This document shows positions 62,569-64,000 of a stretch of 64,000 nt of DNA, piece by piece; the first letter of the stretch is position 1; each line of letters starts with the position of its first letter. A program made the position numbers and the translations under genes. Source of the stretch: Camelus ferus (taxonomy: Eukaryota); assembly GCF_009834535.1 (NCBI RefSeq), contig NC_045696.1, positions 7,504,001 through 7,568,000 of the forward strand, written 5' to 3'. The notes beneath the pieces were generated by a model. That model was not told the DNA's origin, did no database searches, and was given only the letters and a program-made list of their open reading frames with translations.

Positions 62569-63448
62569 TAAGTTAGTAGAGATGGGGGAAAGAAACCTAA
62601 AATTGAATACAAAAAGAATTAAACAAATGAACTAAACTGTGTATAGTGAATTAACCAAAAGAAAGAAAAGTAAACCCAAATTTCTTTTGAACAGAGCTCT
62701 TGACTATGCACCTTTTGTGTGTAAACAATTAAACAAAACTACAAAGGAAATTTGAACTTCACTTAGTTGGTGGTGGTCTGGGGTAGCAATTGTGAAAATA
62801 CTTTCTGTGTACAGTGGGATTGTGTACAGTAACTATGATGATATTGTTGGGAGCGAGGACCCTCACTGTGGGAGAAGGGTGATACAAACGTGGAGAGAGG
62901 GGAGGCAAGGAAGAGCTCTGTGGGTTGGACTCTATTTCCTAGATCTGTCTGCCGAAAGAGCCCTGGGAGCAGGGCCACCCAACAGCCTAGTATTCAGAGT
63001 TTAATTTCTAAATCCCATTCTCCAGAGTTGTTTGGAGAAGTGGCTCACTCAGGAGGGCAGGGAAAGTGACAGATGAGCCAGGAACTGCTTGTTGTTCCAG
63101 CTGAAAGCAAGGTTCTCAAAGAATGATGGGGACAGGTCAGGAGGATCCAGGGACCAGCTCAGCCACTGCTTCCAGTGGCCAAAGTTGGAACAATTTGAGC
63201 ATCCAAGTGAGTAATGACAGTAATAAATTCTCACATTGAAAAAAATAATCCATTAATCCAGAGTGATATTAAAAAGCAAATAAACTTATAAGCAAATAGA
63301 GGTAAAAGGGTCAGTTCGTTATGGTAATATGGCTGCTAATAAATGCTGAAGAAACAATAAAGAGTTAGAAAAGTTGTCTCATTGCAACTATTCTAACAAT
63401 AGCTGATTCAGGCAGGAATCACTGATGGATATTAAAACCACTGGTGAA

Positions 63449-63606
63449 AGGGGAAGGTACAGCTCAGTGGTGGAGTGCATGCTTAGCATGCCTGAGGTCC
63501 TGGGTTCAATCCCCAGTACTTCTGTTAAAAACAAATAAATAAATAAGCTAAATTACCTCCCCTCCCTGCGAAGGAATTCTAATTAAAAAAAAAATTGAAA
63601 AGAAAA
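63449..63606 (+). mobile_element. tRNA-Ala-derived SINE (Vic-1-like)
   Basis: Head plus attacctcccc tail; TSD-like ccactggtgaaa / ccactagtaaaa. Confidence 0.9.
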
Positions 63607-64000
63607 AGACCCACTAGTAAAAGCTTGTTGGGGAATAAGATATTACACAGTCTCAAAGGATTAGTCCACAGATTATTTATTAATAACAAAGTTCAAAAAG
63701 GAAGCTTTATAGTGGGAAAATCCAGTGGATACCACTTTAACCATATGATCAAAGTCAGCATCATCGTTCTTCCAACTGACATCAGGTGCCAAAAATGCAT
63801 AACCTGACTTGGATTATGAGGTAATATAGACAAACTGAAACTGAGAGACAGGCTGCAGAATAATGGGCCTGACTCAAAAAATATTAAAGTCACAAAAGAC
63901 AAAGATGAAGGAACTGTTCCAGATTAAAGGGGAATAAAGAGACACGACAACTACATGAAATGCGTGAGTTTGAAGTGGGAAAAATAATATTGCATAAAGG

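Larger units (their letters stand above)
61440..64000 (+). mobile_element. Old L1M ORF2 end and long 3' UTR, interrupted by two SINEs
   Basis: attgctggtgggagtgcaa..gagggaaatttggcaacatcta..gacccagcaattt; 3' UTR-like ctcactgtgggagaaggg, gaactgttccagattaaagg. Confidence 0.7.

Noticed and set aside
20995..63606. tRNA-Ala(AGC)-like sequences as real tRNA genes
   Set aside because: About 20 divergent copies with A-rich tails, TSDs and stem mismatches: these are SINEs.

Overview
Mammalian genomic DNA, most likely a camelid: about 20 copies of a tRNA-Ala(AGC)-derived SINE match my recollection of the camelid Vic-1 family. The block is orthologous to the human chr21 TTC3-PIGP-RIPPLY3-HLCS interval. 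Two spliced genes can be fully reconstructed from the sequence. PIGP is on the + strand (coding exons 8771-8852, 12449-12521, 14368-14486, 15473-15591; 130 aa). RIPPLY3 is on the - strand (coding exons 48027-48130, 47089-47155, 43462-43529, 39704-39983; 172 aa, with WRPW and Ripply/FPVQ motifs). A CpG island at about 6.9-8.6 kb is the head-to-head TTC3/PIGP promoter, and a CpG island at about 60.8-61.4 kb is probably an upstream HLCS promoter; both TTC3 and HLCS are assigned by synteny only. The rest is intronic or intergenic and dense in repeats (L1, L2, MIR, MaLR/ERV LTRs, hAT fossils, SINEs). I found no evidence for a wholly new biological system. The best leads are lineage-specific changes at both ends of PIGP, a possible WRPW-less RIPPLY3 transcript, a repeated 11-mer in the TTC3 island, two short local duplications and several unusual retrotransposon junctions. 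Repeat boundaries and family names are by eye; human protein comparisons are from memory and need checking.
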